From contig OZ249442.1 of NCBI GenBank assembly GCA_965235115.1, positions 25,172,001 through 25,236,000 of the forward strand: DNA of 64,000 nucleotides, written 5' to 3'. Made by a program: the position numbers and the translations under genes. Source of the stretch: Laetmonice hystrix. Taxonomy: Eukaryota. Of this stretch, positions 1 through 13,119 are shown in pieces. Each line of letters starts with the position of its first letter. Positions within the stretch are counted from its first letter, which is position 1. Under the pieces are notes generated by a model. It did no database searches. It had not been told where the DNA came from and saw only the letters and a program-made list of their open reading frames with translations.

Positions 1-230
1 ATATCTCCAGCAAACACTCTTATAATATGGAAAGCTTCTTTCATATATATGCCCCGTAATAGGTACCAGTACCGATCTAGTTTCATTCTGTCCAATGCTT
101 CAGAAAACTATACGGCTGCAAGAATTCCTCTCCGCTACTTCTCTTAGTCCACCTTGTTATTTTATATTAGCCTCGCGGGAGTCTAGCTCCCTGAAATTTT
201 TAAGACGAAGTTTTAAATACCTCTTGCCCC

Positions 231-1233
231 ACAGACAGACAGAGATAGAGATAAACTACCCCTACCTCAGACAGACAGAGATAGAGATAACCTACCTTTA
301 GCCTACCTCAGACAGACAGAGATAGAGATAAACTACCTTTAGCCTACCTCAGACAGACAGAGATAGAGATAAACTACCTTTAGCCTACCTCAGACAGACA
401 GAGATAGAGATAAACTAGCTTTAGCCTACCTCAGACAGACAGAGATAGAGATAAACTAGCTTTAGCCTACCTCAGACAGACAGAGATAGAGATAAACTAG
501 CTTTAGCCTACCTCAGACAGACAGAGATAGAGATAAACTGCCCCTACCTCAGACAGACAGAGATAGAGATAAACTACCCCTACCTCAGACAGACAGAGAT
601 AGAGATAAACTACCTTTAGCCTACCTCAGACAGACAGAGATAGAGATAAACTACCTTTAGCCTACCTCAGACAGACAGAGATAGAGATAAACTACCTTTA
701 GCCTACCTCAGACAGACAGAGATAGAGATAAACTACCTTTAGCCTACCTCAGACAGACAGAGATAGAGATAAACTACCTTTAGCCTACCTCAGACAGACA
801 GAGATAGAGATAAACTAGCTTTAGCCTACCTCAGACAGACAGAGATAGAGATAAACTAGCTTTAGCCTACCTCAGACAGACAGAGATAGAGATAAACTAC
901 CTTTAGCCTACCTCAGACAGACAGAGATAGAGATAAACTACCTTTAGCCTACCTCAGACAGACAGAGATAGAGATAAACTACCTTTAGCCTACCTCAGAC
1001 AGACAGAGATAGAGATAAACTACCTTTAGCCTACCTCAGACAGACAGAGATAGAGATAAACTAGCTTTAGCCTACCTCAGACAGACAGAGATAGAGATAA
1101 ACTAGCTTTAGCCTACCTCAGACAGACAGAGATAGAGATAAACTACCTTTAGCCTACCTCAGACAGACAGAGATAGAGATAAACTACCTTTAGCCTACCT
1201 CAGACAGACAGAGATAGAGATAGAGATAAACTA
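231..1233. repeat. 41-bp minisatellite (agacagacagagatagagataaactacctttagcctacctc), about 24 copies
   Basis: direct inspection. Confidence 0.95.
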
Positions 1234-1257
1234 GCAAGAACCCGTGCGCCGCACGGG
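1231..1257 (-). mobile_element. Helitron-type 3' terminus (element extends rightward; 5' end possibly near 2169)
   Basis: Minus strand reads CCCGTGC-GGC-GCACGGG hairpin, 6 nt, CTAG, then T. Confidence 0.65.
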
Positions 1258-3090
1258 ACCGAAGGGGGCTAAAAGGGGTCGACCATGAAGTACATACACA
1301 CAAAATCATGGAAAAATGACCCCCTGTCCCAGTCCCTTGCGTACGATCTTAAAACAAATGACCACCGCCAGTGTGTACAGGCCAAGCACACAAGCCGTGA
1401 TATTCTAAACAAGTTAAAAAAGATTTGAACACAATTGGTGCTCAAATAGTTAAGATATAAGCACTTGAGTGCCCGAGTCTGCTTCGAGCCTGCTCAGCTG
1501 GTGGAGGCCGCCATTAGCGTCTGCTCCTTAGGCTAATCTCAAACTGCGCATGCTCGACCTAGGTCTGACCAATCACAGCACGACTGCTTTCCAGTTTGGG
1601 AGGAACTAAAAACTGAGGCACCTGTTGCGTTGAGCGATTCGGAAGGTAGCGAACAGCGAGGTTGACAGCTTATAAGCCATATTTGTTAGAACAAAAACCA
1701 TCGATAGTGATGAGGAATGGCTCGGAATTAAGCCTACCGATGTCAGGAGATATATCACGGTGGACACGGATCTGGGCAGCCGTGGGTTTCGGCCGGAGCT
1801 CAGCCCAACTGGGCCCGGGCCCCACTCTGACTACGACCGGGCACTGCATGAGATCACGGGCAGTGTCGGCACAGATCTGTTGCGTTAAAGTTGTGACTGT
1901 GACCGTGGGGTGACTGTGACTGTGGGACTGACCCCCATCGATTCGACCACCCGCCTCGGCCGCCTTTAGCCTATAGTCTAGCCTAGCCCCGACAACCCCG
2001 GCCTCAACTGATCAATTCAGCGCATGCTCAATAGATGCAAAGATGGGCACAAATGGCTGCGCCGCTGAAGCCAGTGATTTTGACACGGTTGTCATGTTCG
2101 ACATATTACTTCTTGGAATGGGGGGACATTTATTTCTAACCACTACTCTTAAAGGTGAGTATATATAGAGGCCTTGCAGCTGTCCAAATGTGATTTTTTA
2201 CTGGACTTCTCCTTTAATGGACGGCCTCTGAGGCTAAGCGGTATGGTGAGAGCTGCTCCACTCGATTATCGCGGTCTCGGGAGAAATGATACACAACTTT
2301 CCCCTCGGAGAGGGTCAGAGTCTCTCGGACTACAGCACAGATCAACGGGCTCACTAGGTGGGCGGCCGGGTGCGGGGGTCGAGTCCGTGGCACAGGCTTG
2401 ACATGAACTATGTTGAAAAGTGGCTCGATTATCGCGATTGCCGTAAACGAGGTCAGTTGTTGGCTGGAGACCTGCCCTCTGCTGCTGACCTCTACCGCCG
2501 CACCAGAGATAGTGCGGCCAGACTGCCACCAGAGGGCGCAGGTCTCCAGCCAAGGTTCGTAGCCGATCAACAACAACAATGGCGGACAGTTCGGGCGGTT
2601 GTAGTGAAACATGTGCCAAAAAGTGCCTTATAGCGCCAAGGAAACAAACATTAATATACATCAAAACAAACAGGGGAATACTGTAAATATGCCTGGCATA
2701 CTTTCACGTTGATGCTTTGAAAGGGAAAAGCGGTAGAGCGATGACAACGCAGCCCCGTTACGGTATTAGTATATAAGATACAGAGATAGAGACACAGAGA
2801 GCCGATATATAAACATTGGTGTTTCAAATTTCTGTTGTTGTTCGTATAGGTCAAGTAGACCGTTCAGAACCATCTGTAGGGCTGTACTTTTTTTTCGAAA
2901 AGGTTGCACGGCAGGAAGAATTTTATAAGTGATTCAAGCAAGATACACGTGCAGGGGTAGATGGCTGCCTTCCAGAAATATTGTAAGTGGTTGATTCGAC
3001 AGATTTTCATGATCGTAATAAATCACTTCTGTTTGGAAGGTCAGAAAACGTTTAGTGTTGCTCTCATGGTTTATAGGCATCGTTTCATGC

Positions 3091-4335
3091 TCTCATGGAT
3101 TATATGATATAAGCAACGTTTAGAGTTGTTCTCATGGATTATGATATAAGCAACGTTTAAAGTTGTTCTCATGGATTATATGATATAAGCAACGGTTAGA
3201 GTTGTTCTCATGGATTATATGATATAAGCAACGTTTAGAGTTGTCCTCATGGATTATATGATATAAGCAACGGTTAGAGTTGTTCTCATGGATTATATGA
3301 TATAAGCAACGTTTAGAGTTGTTCTCATGGATTATGATATAAGCAACGTTTAGAGTTGTTCTCATGGATTATGATATAAGCAACGTTTAGAGTTGTTCTC
3401 ATGGATTATATGATATAAGCAACGTTTAGAGTTGTTCTCAACGATTATATGATATAAGCAACGTTTAGAGTTGTTCTCATGGATTATATGATATAAGCAA
3501 CGTTTAGAGTTGTTCTCATGGATTATATGATATAATCAACGTTTAGAGTTGTTCTCATGGATTATATGATATAAGCAACGTTTAGAGTTGTTCTCATGGA
3601 TTATGATATAACCAACGTTTATAGTTGTTCTCATGGATTATATGATATAAGCAACGTTTAGAGTTGTTCTCATGGATTATGATATAAGCAACGTTTAGAG
3701 TTGTTCTCATGGATTATATGATATAAGCAACGTTTAGAGTTGTCCTCATGGATTATGATATAAGCAACGTTTATAGTTGTTCTCAAGGATTATATGATAT
3801 AAGCAACGTTTAGAGTTGTTCTCATGGATTATATGATATAAGCAACGTTTAGAGTTGTTCTCATGGATTATATGATATAAGCAACGTTTAGAGTTGTTCT
3901 CATTGATTATATGATATAAGCAACGTTTAGAGTTGTTCTCATTGATTATATGATATAAGCAACGTTTAGAGTTGTTCTCGTGGATTATATGATATAAGCA
4001 ACGTTTAGAGTTGTTCTCATGGATTATGATATAAGCAACGTTTAGAGTTGTTCTCATTGATTATATGATATAAGCAACGTTTAGAGTTGTTCTCATGGAT
4101 TATGATATAAGCAACGTTTAGAGTTGTTCTCATGGATTATGATATAAGCAACGTTTAGAGTTGTTCTCATGGATTATATGATATAAGCAACGTTTAGAGT
4201 TGTTCTCATGGATTATATGATATAAGCAACGTTTAGAGTTGTTCTCATGGATTATATGATATAAGCAACGTTTAGAGTTGTTCTCATGGATTATATGATA
4301 TAAGCAACGTTTAGAGTTGTTCTCATGGATTATAT
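3091..4335. repeat. 37/39-bp minisatellite, about 32 copies
   Basis: atgatataagcaacgtttagagttgttctcatggatt(at). Confidence 0.95.
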
Positions 4336-4725
4336 CAGTCTTGGAATGGTCCCATCCCCCGCATACACATCATTGCGTACATCATTCGGAGGTTATCTGA
4401 AGTTACCTAGAACGGTTTGAGATAATAAGATGCTTTATGACTTGTCCTAACTGTCCAGCTGGCCTCAGGACGTGTCTGCAGATGTAATTTATGACTGGCT
4501 CAAAGGGACTATAAGAGTATTCATTGATTTTCGTCTCGAGGTCACTGTTGAAAGTCTCCCCAGTTCGTACAACCAGACTCCATCTCGATCTTTTACCCTC
4601 GTAATATAGTGAAAGAATAGGCAGCAGTGGAAGGGGTTACAGAGACAGACATACAGACATACAGACAGACTGGTAGACAGGGAGACAGACACGGAGGGAG
4701 AGAGAGAGAGAGAGAGAGAGAGATA

Positions 4726-4978
4726 GTTTGTGCGTTAGTTCGGTAAGCCTCTCTGTATAATGATGTTTTGTGAGTTAGTTCGGTAAGCCTCTGTGTATAA
4801 TGATGTTTTGTGAGTTAGTTCGGTAAGCCTCTCTGTATAATGATGTTTTGTGAGTTAGTTCGGTAAGCCTGTCTGTATAATGATGTTTTGTGAGTTAGCT
4901 CGGTAAGCCTCTCTGTATACAAAAAAGTAATGATGTTTTGTGAGTTAGTTCGGTAAGCGTCTCTGTATAATGATGTTT
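4726..4978. repeat. ~40-bp tandem repeat, about 6 copies, after (GA)n
   Basis: tttgtgagttagttcggtaagcctctctgtataatgatgt. Confidence 0.9.
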
Positions 4979-5395
4979 TGATCAGGACATCATCTCACAG
5001 ACTCTTAATAACGGTAAGGAATAGGAAAGCTGCTGCAAAGAAACATCTTAAACATCGATCATCAATCTTCTCCTCTATAAGAACAGTTACTGCAACATGT
5101 ATCTACTCCTGATAGCGAGTATCTAAATGAGCTCGTTAATGTACATATATATTCTTTAGTACTGTTGGCTCACCACTGAGACCATCTGTCGTGTGGAATC
5201 CGAGCTTGCTTTGTTTAGAGGGAGACCACAGCTGTTAGGTGTGTTGTTATTTTGCCGTTATGGATCGAAACATTAGGGGGGGGGGGTCCTTCTAAACTTA
5301 TCAACATCTGCGATACGGGCAGTTTTTGTCTCAGTTACGTGCCTCACGCAAGTCTCAAGCGTTCCTTCTTTGTGTTATTGTGTGATTTTCTTTAG

Positions 5396-5549
5396 ATGCA
5401 CGGGCATAAAGGCTCAGGCATCTCATATGTCGGGTGTCGAGTTGCGTCATTTGGCCTGTTCCTGCTGCTGCTGCTACTGTTATGTTGGGGTAGCTGTTGG
5501 GTTGAAGACTTGAAGACTCGTTGTTGGAATTCCAATATACTTTATTGTG
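5396..5549 (+). CDS. Candidate first coding exon (signal peptide) of the LRP-like gene
   Basis: ttttctttAG immediately before ATG; MHGHKGSGISYVGCRVASFGLFLLLLLLLCWGSCWVE.. has n/h/c-region character; donor G|GTGAGG at 5550 is phase 1, compatible with 10660. The Leu run is partly a CTG microsatellite, so this could be chance. Confidence 0.45.
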
Positions 5550-5804
5550 GTGAGGATTTCCTCTCCACTCTGGACACTCTACAATACTGCCGATCCTTCC
5601 TCCTGCGTCTCTTACTCTCTCTATATATAGGCCCTTCTCTCGGGCATGCAGGTGCGCGTCTAGGGCCATAAAGGTATAACTCTTTTGTAACCGTGGGGGC
5701 AATTACGCTAACTCATATATATATATATATGTATAATCCCTTAATGGGAGTGACAAACAATAAGGTTGTAAAACTGTATGTGTAGGCAAGGTGAAACCTG
5801 ACCA

Positions 5805-6088
5805 TAACACTACTACTGCTACTGCTGCTGCTACTACTGCTACTGCTGCTGCTACTGCTGCTGCTGCTGTTTCTGCTGGTGCTACAATGCTGTTGGTACT
5901 GCTATTGCTGGTGCTACAATGCTGTTAGTACTGCTATTGCTGGTGCTACAATGCTGTTGGTACTGCTATTGCTGGAATGTTGTTTCGGCTGATGCAATGC
6001 TATTTCTGCTGCTGCTGTTGCTTCATTGCGTTTTCTGATGCTGCTGTTTCCGCTGCTGCTGCTGCTGTTTCCGCTGCTGTTGCTGCTG

Positions 6089-6126
<38 letters not shown>

Positions 6127-6165
6127 TTCGCTGATCCTGCTGCCCCTCCTCCCCCTCCTCGTTTC
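5805..6165. repeat. Degenerate (CTG/CTA)n trinucleotide low-complexity tract
   Basis: direct inspection; source of poly-A/S/L ORFs. Confidence 0.9.
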
Positions 6166-7142
6166 GCCTTTGATCACGGTACTGACTGAAATATTAAAGC
6201 ATCAGTGATGACGTTTTTGTGTCGCACATCAAAATAATGAAAATCCCCAAAAGTCAATGAGTATTGATTGTCTAACACGATGAACTCTAACCCTGATCAG
6301 ATTACATTGGTATTACATTGATCAGATTACATTGGTATTACCACCGCTGAATGACTCGACATGTGACCTTCTTTATTTGTCATTAGTGTGTTAACGGGGA
6401 CAGGACGATAATCATGACCACCTGAATGAGGAACCTTCTCTTTGTCAATGAGGGTATTTGGGGACGACAATATTGGCCCGGTCCTAATGCCATTGATTGG
6501 GAAAAACTACTACGTGTGCTCTACGATAACAACACCTGCTTCACTTGCTTTCCTTGGAATTCCACTTCACTAATTCCAGACGGCCATTTTCTCTGTTGCT
6601 TTCAAAGCGATGGTGTTTATTTTGTTGGAGGAGCTCGTGGTTTTATCCCTGCGGGAAATTATAAAAGTCGCTGAGCCAATTGCCCTCAAGCAGAGCTCGC
6701 CCGCGCATCACTGGCAGATGCTTCAGGCTACAAGCCAAAACATCCTCTCTAGTTTGTGAATACGCCGGAAGTTAACGCCTGACAGCTCCATCAACCAAAC
6801 TGATCTACACTAGAATTTTCAGTCTCAGCCCTAAAGCTTCATTCTATTCTCGTTGGGACGGGATCTTTTCTCATCGTTATCACGAGATCTTTTCTTGTTA
6901 TCTCGAGATCTTTTCTCGTTATCTCGAGACCTCTTCTTGTTATCTCGATTTCTTTTCTCGTTATCGAGATCTTTTCTCATACTGTAACCTTCTCATCACG
7001 TACCCTCCGCTCCCCCTGCTAGTCTGATTCGCTGATCTATGAAGTGGTTTATCATTCCATAAGTCAACAGTGAAAACCTTGCCGTCAGGGGGTGAGCGCT
7101 CAGGATGCCCGGAAATGATGGATTTGTTAGGTACGAACCGAT

Positions 7143-7563
7143 GGTGAATGTGTGGCTGGATCTGTTCGGGCCCCATCAGGCCAGGGGACCAGTGGGCCGT
7201 GCGGTGAATGTGTGGCCGGATCTGTTCGGGCCCCATCAGGCCAGGGGACCAGTGGGCCGTGCGGTGAATGTGTGGCCGGATCTGTTCGGGCCCCATCAGG
7301 CCAGGGGACCAGTGGGCCGTGCGGTGAATGTGTGGCCGGATCTGTTCGGGCCCCATCAGGCCAGGGGACCAGTGGGCCGTGTGGTGAATGTGTGGCCGGA
7401 TCTGTTCGGGCCCCATCAGGCCAGGGGACCAGTGGGCGGTGCGGTGAATGTGTGGCCGGATCTGTTCGGGCCCCATCAGGCCAGGGGACCAGTGGGCCGG
7501 GCGGTGAATGTGTGGCCGGATCTGTTCGGGCCCCATCAGGCCAGGGGACCAGTGGACCGTGCA
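7143..7563. repeat. 60-bp GC-rich minisatellite, 7 copies
   Basis: ggtgaatgtgtggccggatctgttcgggccccatcaggccaggggaccagtgggccgtgc. Confidence 0.95.
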
Positions 7564-9084
7564 ATCATTCGATCAGTTCCACTCACAGACGCCAAGACGC
7601 CATGGATATTGACAGTGTTCTTGTTGCCTGCCCGCCAAATAAAGGTTTCATAGGCCTATTGATTCTTAAAGGGATCAACCTTTCCAGAGATAACCTGTCC
7701 TGTCCGCACAGAAATATATCATATTACAACGATCTACCTCATCTGTCGATTTACAACAACAGCGAAACAGAACAAGCAAATGTGCCATTCTTCCCTCATA
7801 CTCACCAGGTGGCGCCAGTTATTTCCTCATACTGGCACTTAGGCCTACAGCAAGTGCCGCTTCACCCCCAGTCTTGATCATCCAGACCCTCAGTGGCCGT
7901 TGTCCCGAGCGTTGTTGAGTACATAAGCGGCCCGTTTACTAGCCTCGTCCTCAGGTCTATATTGACTAGCAATCCTTTTACAATACATTCAAGTGTTAAA
8001 TATCCTTGCTCTTGGCATCGGTCCCTATGAGAGGCTAGGGTCTGCATCACGCATGGCCACGTTGGCCACGCTCCAAGCAGAGATCGGTCACTCCGTTGAC
8101 GTTGACCAACTCAACGGAAGCGGAAGTGCTTGGAGTTTGGCAGGGGACCAGGCTACCCGTTTACATGGTTTCAGTTTCCGGTTTGCTCGCAGCTGATTGG
8201 TCAATTTGCCGGAAATCTAGCAGTAGGCGCCACGCATTAAGAAAACATATATGTTATCTGATGTGATCAGGTCTAGTAGTATAATTATGTCCGGACTATT
8301 CGGCTACAGGCTGACTTGTGCGAGACATTGTATCTACATAATAATCGGTGTTGATTGTGTTAGGCTTAGTCAATCATTAATACCTGTTGACGGAGACGCA
8401 TTCGGAATTACGGAATCCACTTACTATCTCCAAAACATTTGAAGGTTAAAATCTCGTCTGAACCATTGCACAATAATCAGGGACGGTCTGAGGATGATGC
8501 ATGTCAAGTCGAGTTTTGATATCATTGATAATGCCCCATAGACAACTCAGACAAAACGTAACGATCTCGATTACTTTCAAACCTGAATGGAACTCCCATA
8601 AATAGACTCAATATGCATGGTCCTAGATTTTAGATCAAATATAGTGACATGGCAACCGTATCTGTTTTTTTACCCCCCCCCCCCTCCCCCAATAACACTG
8701 TTCTGCTTCACATTTTGAGAATTGACAGTTTGGAAGTGGTAACCTTTGGATACTGGTATATGAACTTCTGTTTAATGCCATTTCTCATTACCTTGGGTCA
8801 TCTATAAAGCTCAAACAAAGGTTATTTTTCAATTTCTCATAGCTCAAAAATTATGTACGATAACCACATTATTAGTAGAGGAAGTCGTATATTAATTTCC
8901 ATTTAGCTCTATTTTCTTCAACCTTTCGTGACCTTAAAAGGTCAATCAAGGAAATCCACTTTTTCTGATATCTCCAGAACTGTCGAGGATAACCCCAGTT
9001 ATTATTATAGATGAACAGAAAGTGTTAAGTTCCAGTTAGTACTTTCCTAATCTTGATATTTCATTCTAAGTCACGCACCTTTTC

Positions 9085-9545
9085 ACTGGGTCACATCTCC
9101 AAACTGTACATAACTCTATCAGTGGGTCACATCTCCAAACTGTACATAACTCTATCAGTGGGTCACATCTCCAAACTGTACATAACTCTATCAGTGGGTC
9201 ACATCTCCAAACTGTACATAACTCTATCAGTGGGTCACATCTCCAAACTGTACATAACTCTGTCAGTGGGTCACATCTCTAAACTGTACATAACTATCAG
9301 TGGGTCACATCTCCAAACTGTACATAACTCTATCAGTGGGTCACATCTCCAAACTGTACATAACTCTATCAGTGGGTCACATCTCCAAACTGTACATAAC
9401 TCTATCAGTGGGTCACATCTCCAAACTGTACATAACTCTATCAGTGGGTCACATCTCCAAACTGTACATAACTCTATCAGTGGGTCACATCTCCAAACTG
9501 TACATAACTCTATCAGTGGGTCACATCTCCAAACTGTACATAACT
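9085..9545. repeat. 36-bp minisatellite, about 13 copies
   Basis: cagtgggtcacatctccaaactgtacataactctat. Confidence 0.95.
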
Positions 9546-9981
9546 GCATAGTTACTAAGATGGAGAGGAAGTATATACAAAGTTTCATTTGACAATATTT
9601 TCTTTGACCTTTATTGACCTTGAAAGATCAACTGAAGTCGTGCATCCTTTCTTTGAGAAACCATAGCTCATGTCGGGGGCTATGAGCTTCACAACTTGTT
9701 CAGAGTTAATTAAAGTGGTTATTTTAATACAGTAACTAAACTGTTACATTTTCCACCAGAACGTATTCTTCCTATGTAAATTAGGTCTTTTTAATTTTAA
9801 TATTCATCAGAGAGGAAAGAAGCCATACCAGTAATAATTAAAATTGCCTCGAAATTAGTTGCATCAACTTCACCCCATTATGCTAAAGGGGGTTGAAGCA
9901 GATGTTTGAAATAAACATTTAGTGACAATTACTAAGGCCTTCTGCAAAGGAGTGTATGTCGAAAAAACCTGCAATACTATG

Positions 9982-10420
9982 GCAGGCAGCCATCGCCGAT
10001 AGAAAACCTAAGGCAGGCAGCCATCGCCGATAGAAAACCTAAGGCAGGCAGCCATCGCCGATAGAAAACCTAAGGCAGGCAGCCATCGCCGATAGAAAAC
10101 CTAAGGCAGGCAGCCATCGCCGATAGAAAACCTAAGGCAGGCAGCCATCGCCGATAGAAAACCTAAGGCAGGCAGTCATTGCCGATAGAAAACCTACGGC
10201 AGGCAGCCATCGCCGATAGAAAACCTACGGCAGGCAGGCAGCCATCGCCGATAGAAAACGTACGGGAGGCAGCCTTCGCCGATAGAAAACCTAAGGCAGG
10301 CAGCCATCGCCGATAGAAAACCTACGGCAGGCAAGCAGCCTTCGCCGATAGAAAACCTACGGCAGGCAGCCTTCGCCGATAGAAAACCTACGGCAGGCAG
10401 CCTTCGCCGATAGAAAACAT
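9982..10420. repeat. 31-bp minisatellite, about 14 copies
   Basis: ggcaggcagccatcgccgatagaaaacctaa. Confidence 0.95.
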
Positions 10421-10659
10421 CGGAAAGGAGAGGTATTCTGGGATTGTATAAAGAAGCAAAGGAATGTGGAAACGTGCATCTCCATCACAATTTGCAATTA
10501 CGCTCACGCTTAAAACTAATGAAGCCGGACCCTTTTAGAAGATGTAGGCGATTCTAGACAGTGTTAACGTGATGCCTTAGTCGTGGCAAAACAGAGCCTC
10601 AGATGGTTGCAGTGCGCTGACATACAACACGTTAATGATACTGGTCATAACTTCATTAG

Positions 10660-10710
10660 GCGGAGAACCGGTCTGTACATTACGGATTAATGGATCTTCA
10701 ACAGAGACAG
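10660..10710 (+). CDS. Candidate exon 2 (GGEPVCTLRINGSSTET)
   Basis: cttcattAG acceptor, CAG|GTGGAG donor, phase 1-1; RINGSSTETV resembles the 'R..nGs..etv' spacer of YWTD repeats. Confidence 0.45.
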
Positions 10711-12455
10711 GTGGAGGAGAGCTACGGAATGAGGTCAGTCAGGCTCACACTGAGGGTGGAGGAGGGGTACGGAATGAGGTCAGTCAGGCTCACACTGAGG
10801 GTGGAGGAGGGGTACGGAATGAGGTCAGTCAGGCTCACACTGAGGGTGGAGGAGGGGTACGGAATGAGGTCAGTCAGGCTCACACTGAGGGTGGAGGAGG
10901 GGTACGGAATGAGGTCAGTCAGGCTCACACTGAGGGTGGAGGAGGGGTACGGAATGAGGTCAGTCAGGCTCACACTGAGGGTGGAGGAGGGGTACGGAAT
11001 GAGGTCAGTCAGGCTCACACTGAGGGTGGAGGAGGGGTACGGAATGAGGTCAGTCAGGTTCACACTGAGGGTGGAGGAGGGGTACGGAATGAGGTCAGTC
11101 AGGCTTACACTGAGGGTGGAGGAGGGGTACGGAATGAGGTCAGTCAGGCTCACACTGAGGGTGGAGGAGGGGTACGGAATGAGGTCAGTCAGGCTTACAC
11201 TGAGGGTGGAGGAGGGGTACGGAATGAGGTCAGTCCGGCTCACACTGAGTGTGGAGGAGGGGTACGGAATGAGGTCAGTCAGGCTCACACTGAGGGTGGA
11301 GGAGGGGTACGGAATGAGGTCAGTCAGGCTCACACTGAGGGTGGAGGAGGTAAGTACGGAATGAGGTCAGTCAGGCTCACACTGAGGGTGGAGGAGGGGT
11401 ACGGAATGAGGTCAGTCAGGCTCACACTGAGGGTGGAGGAGGGGTACGGAATGAGGTCAGTCAGGCTCACACTGAGGGTGGAGGAGGGGTACGGAATGAG
11501 GTCAGTCAGGCTCACACTGAGGGTGGAGGAGGTAAGTACGGAATGAGGTCAGTCAGGCTCACACTGAGGGAGGAGGAGGGGTACGGAATGAGGTCAGTCA
11601 GGCTCACACTGAGGGTGGAGGAGGGGTACGGAATGAGGTCAGTCAGGCTCACACTGAGGGTGGAGGAGGTAAGTACGGAATGAGGTCAGTCAGGCTCACA
11701 CTGAGGGTGGAGGAGGGGTACGGAATGAGGTCAGTCAGGCTCACACTGAGGGTGGAGGAGGGGTACGGAATGAGGTCAGTCAGGCTCACACTGAGGGTGG
11801 AGGAGGGGTATGGAATGAGGTCAGTCAGGCTCACACTGAGGGTGGAGGAGGGGTACGGAATGAGGTCAGTCAGGCTCACACTGAGGGTGGAGGAGGGGTA
11901 CGGAATGAGGTCAGTCAGGCTCACACTGAGGGTGGAGGAGGTAAGTACGGAATGAGGTCAGTCAGGCTCACACTGAGGGTGGAGGAGGGGTACGGAATGA
12001 GGTCAGTCAGGCTCACACTGAGGGTGGAGGAGGGGTACGGAATGAGGTCAGTCAGGCTCACACTGAGGGTGGAGGAGGTAAGTACGGAATGAGGTCAGTC
12101 AGGCTCACACTGAGGGTGGAGGAGGGGTACGGAATGAGGTCAGTCCGGCTCACGGCTCACACTGAGGGTGGAGGAGGGGTACGGAATGAGGTCAGTCAGG
12201 CTCACACTGAGGGTGGAGGAGGGGTACGGAATGAGGTCAGTCAGGCTCACACTGAGGGTGGAGGAGGGGTACGGAATGAGGTCAGTCAGGCTCACACTGA
12301 GGGTGGAGGAGGTAAGTACGGAATGAGGTCAGTCAGGCTTACACTGAGGGTGGAGGAGGGGTACGGAATGAGGTCAGTCAGGCTCACACTGAGGGTGGAG
12401 GAGGGGTACGGAATGAGGTCAGTCAGGCTCACACTGAGGGTGGAGGAGGGGTACG
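10711..12455. repeat. 45-bp minisatellite, about 38 copies, starting at the candidate exon 2 donor
   Basis: gtggaggaggggtacggaatgaggtcagtcaggctcacactgagg. Confidence 0.95.
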
Positions 12456-12460
12456 GACGG

Positions 12461-13080
12461 ATGTATCTTCATGTGGTGGGGTGTGTGTATTTATGTGAAC
12501 GAATCAAATAATGATGTATCTTCATGTGGTGGGGTGTGTGTGTATTTATATGAACCAATATAAACAATGATGTATCTTCATGTAGTGGGGTGTGTGTTTT
12601 TATGTGAACCAATCAAATAATAATGTATCTTCATGTGGTGGGGTGTGTGTGTATTTATGTGAACGAATCAAATAATGATGTATCCTCATGAGGTGGCGTG
12701 TGTGTGTTTTTATGTGAACCAATCAAATAATGATGTATCGTCATGTGGGGGGGGGTGTATTTATGTGAACCAATCAAATTCATGTGGTGGGGTGTGTGTG
12801 TATTTATGTGAACGAATCAAATAATGATGTATCTTCATGTGGTGGGGTGTGTGTGTATTTATGTGAACCAATCAAATAATGATGTATCTTCATGTGGTGG
12901 GGTGTGTGTGTATTTATGTGAACCAATCAAATAATGATGTATCGTCATGTGGTGGGGTGTGTGTGTATTTATGTGAACCAATCAAATAATGATGTATCTT
13001 GATGAGGTGGGGTGTGTGTGTATTTATGTGAACGAATCAAAGAATGATGTATCTTGATGAGGTGGGGTGTGTGTGTATTA
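12461..13080. repeat. ~55-bp minisatellite, about 11 copies
   Basis: atgatgtatcttcatgtggtggggtgtgtgtgtatttatgtgaaccaatcaaata. Confidence 0.9.
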
Positions 13081-13119
13081 TGTATCTGATTGTTGGGCCT
13101 GTGTCCTGCCGTCTGTCAG

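Noticed and set aside
10660-10733. Alternative reading AENRSVHYGLMDLQQRQVEESYGM ending at GAG|GTCAGT
   Set aside because: It ends in phase 2, and the 13120 acceptor then gives an immediate stop; the phase 1-1 model is preferred but unproven.
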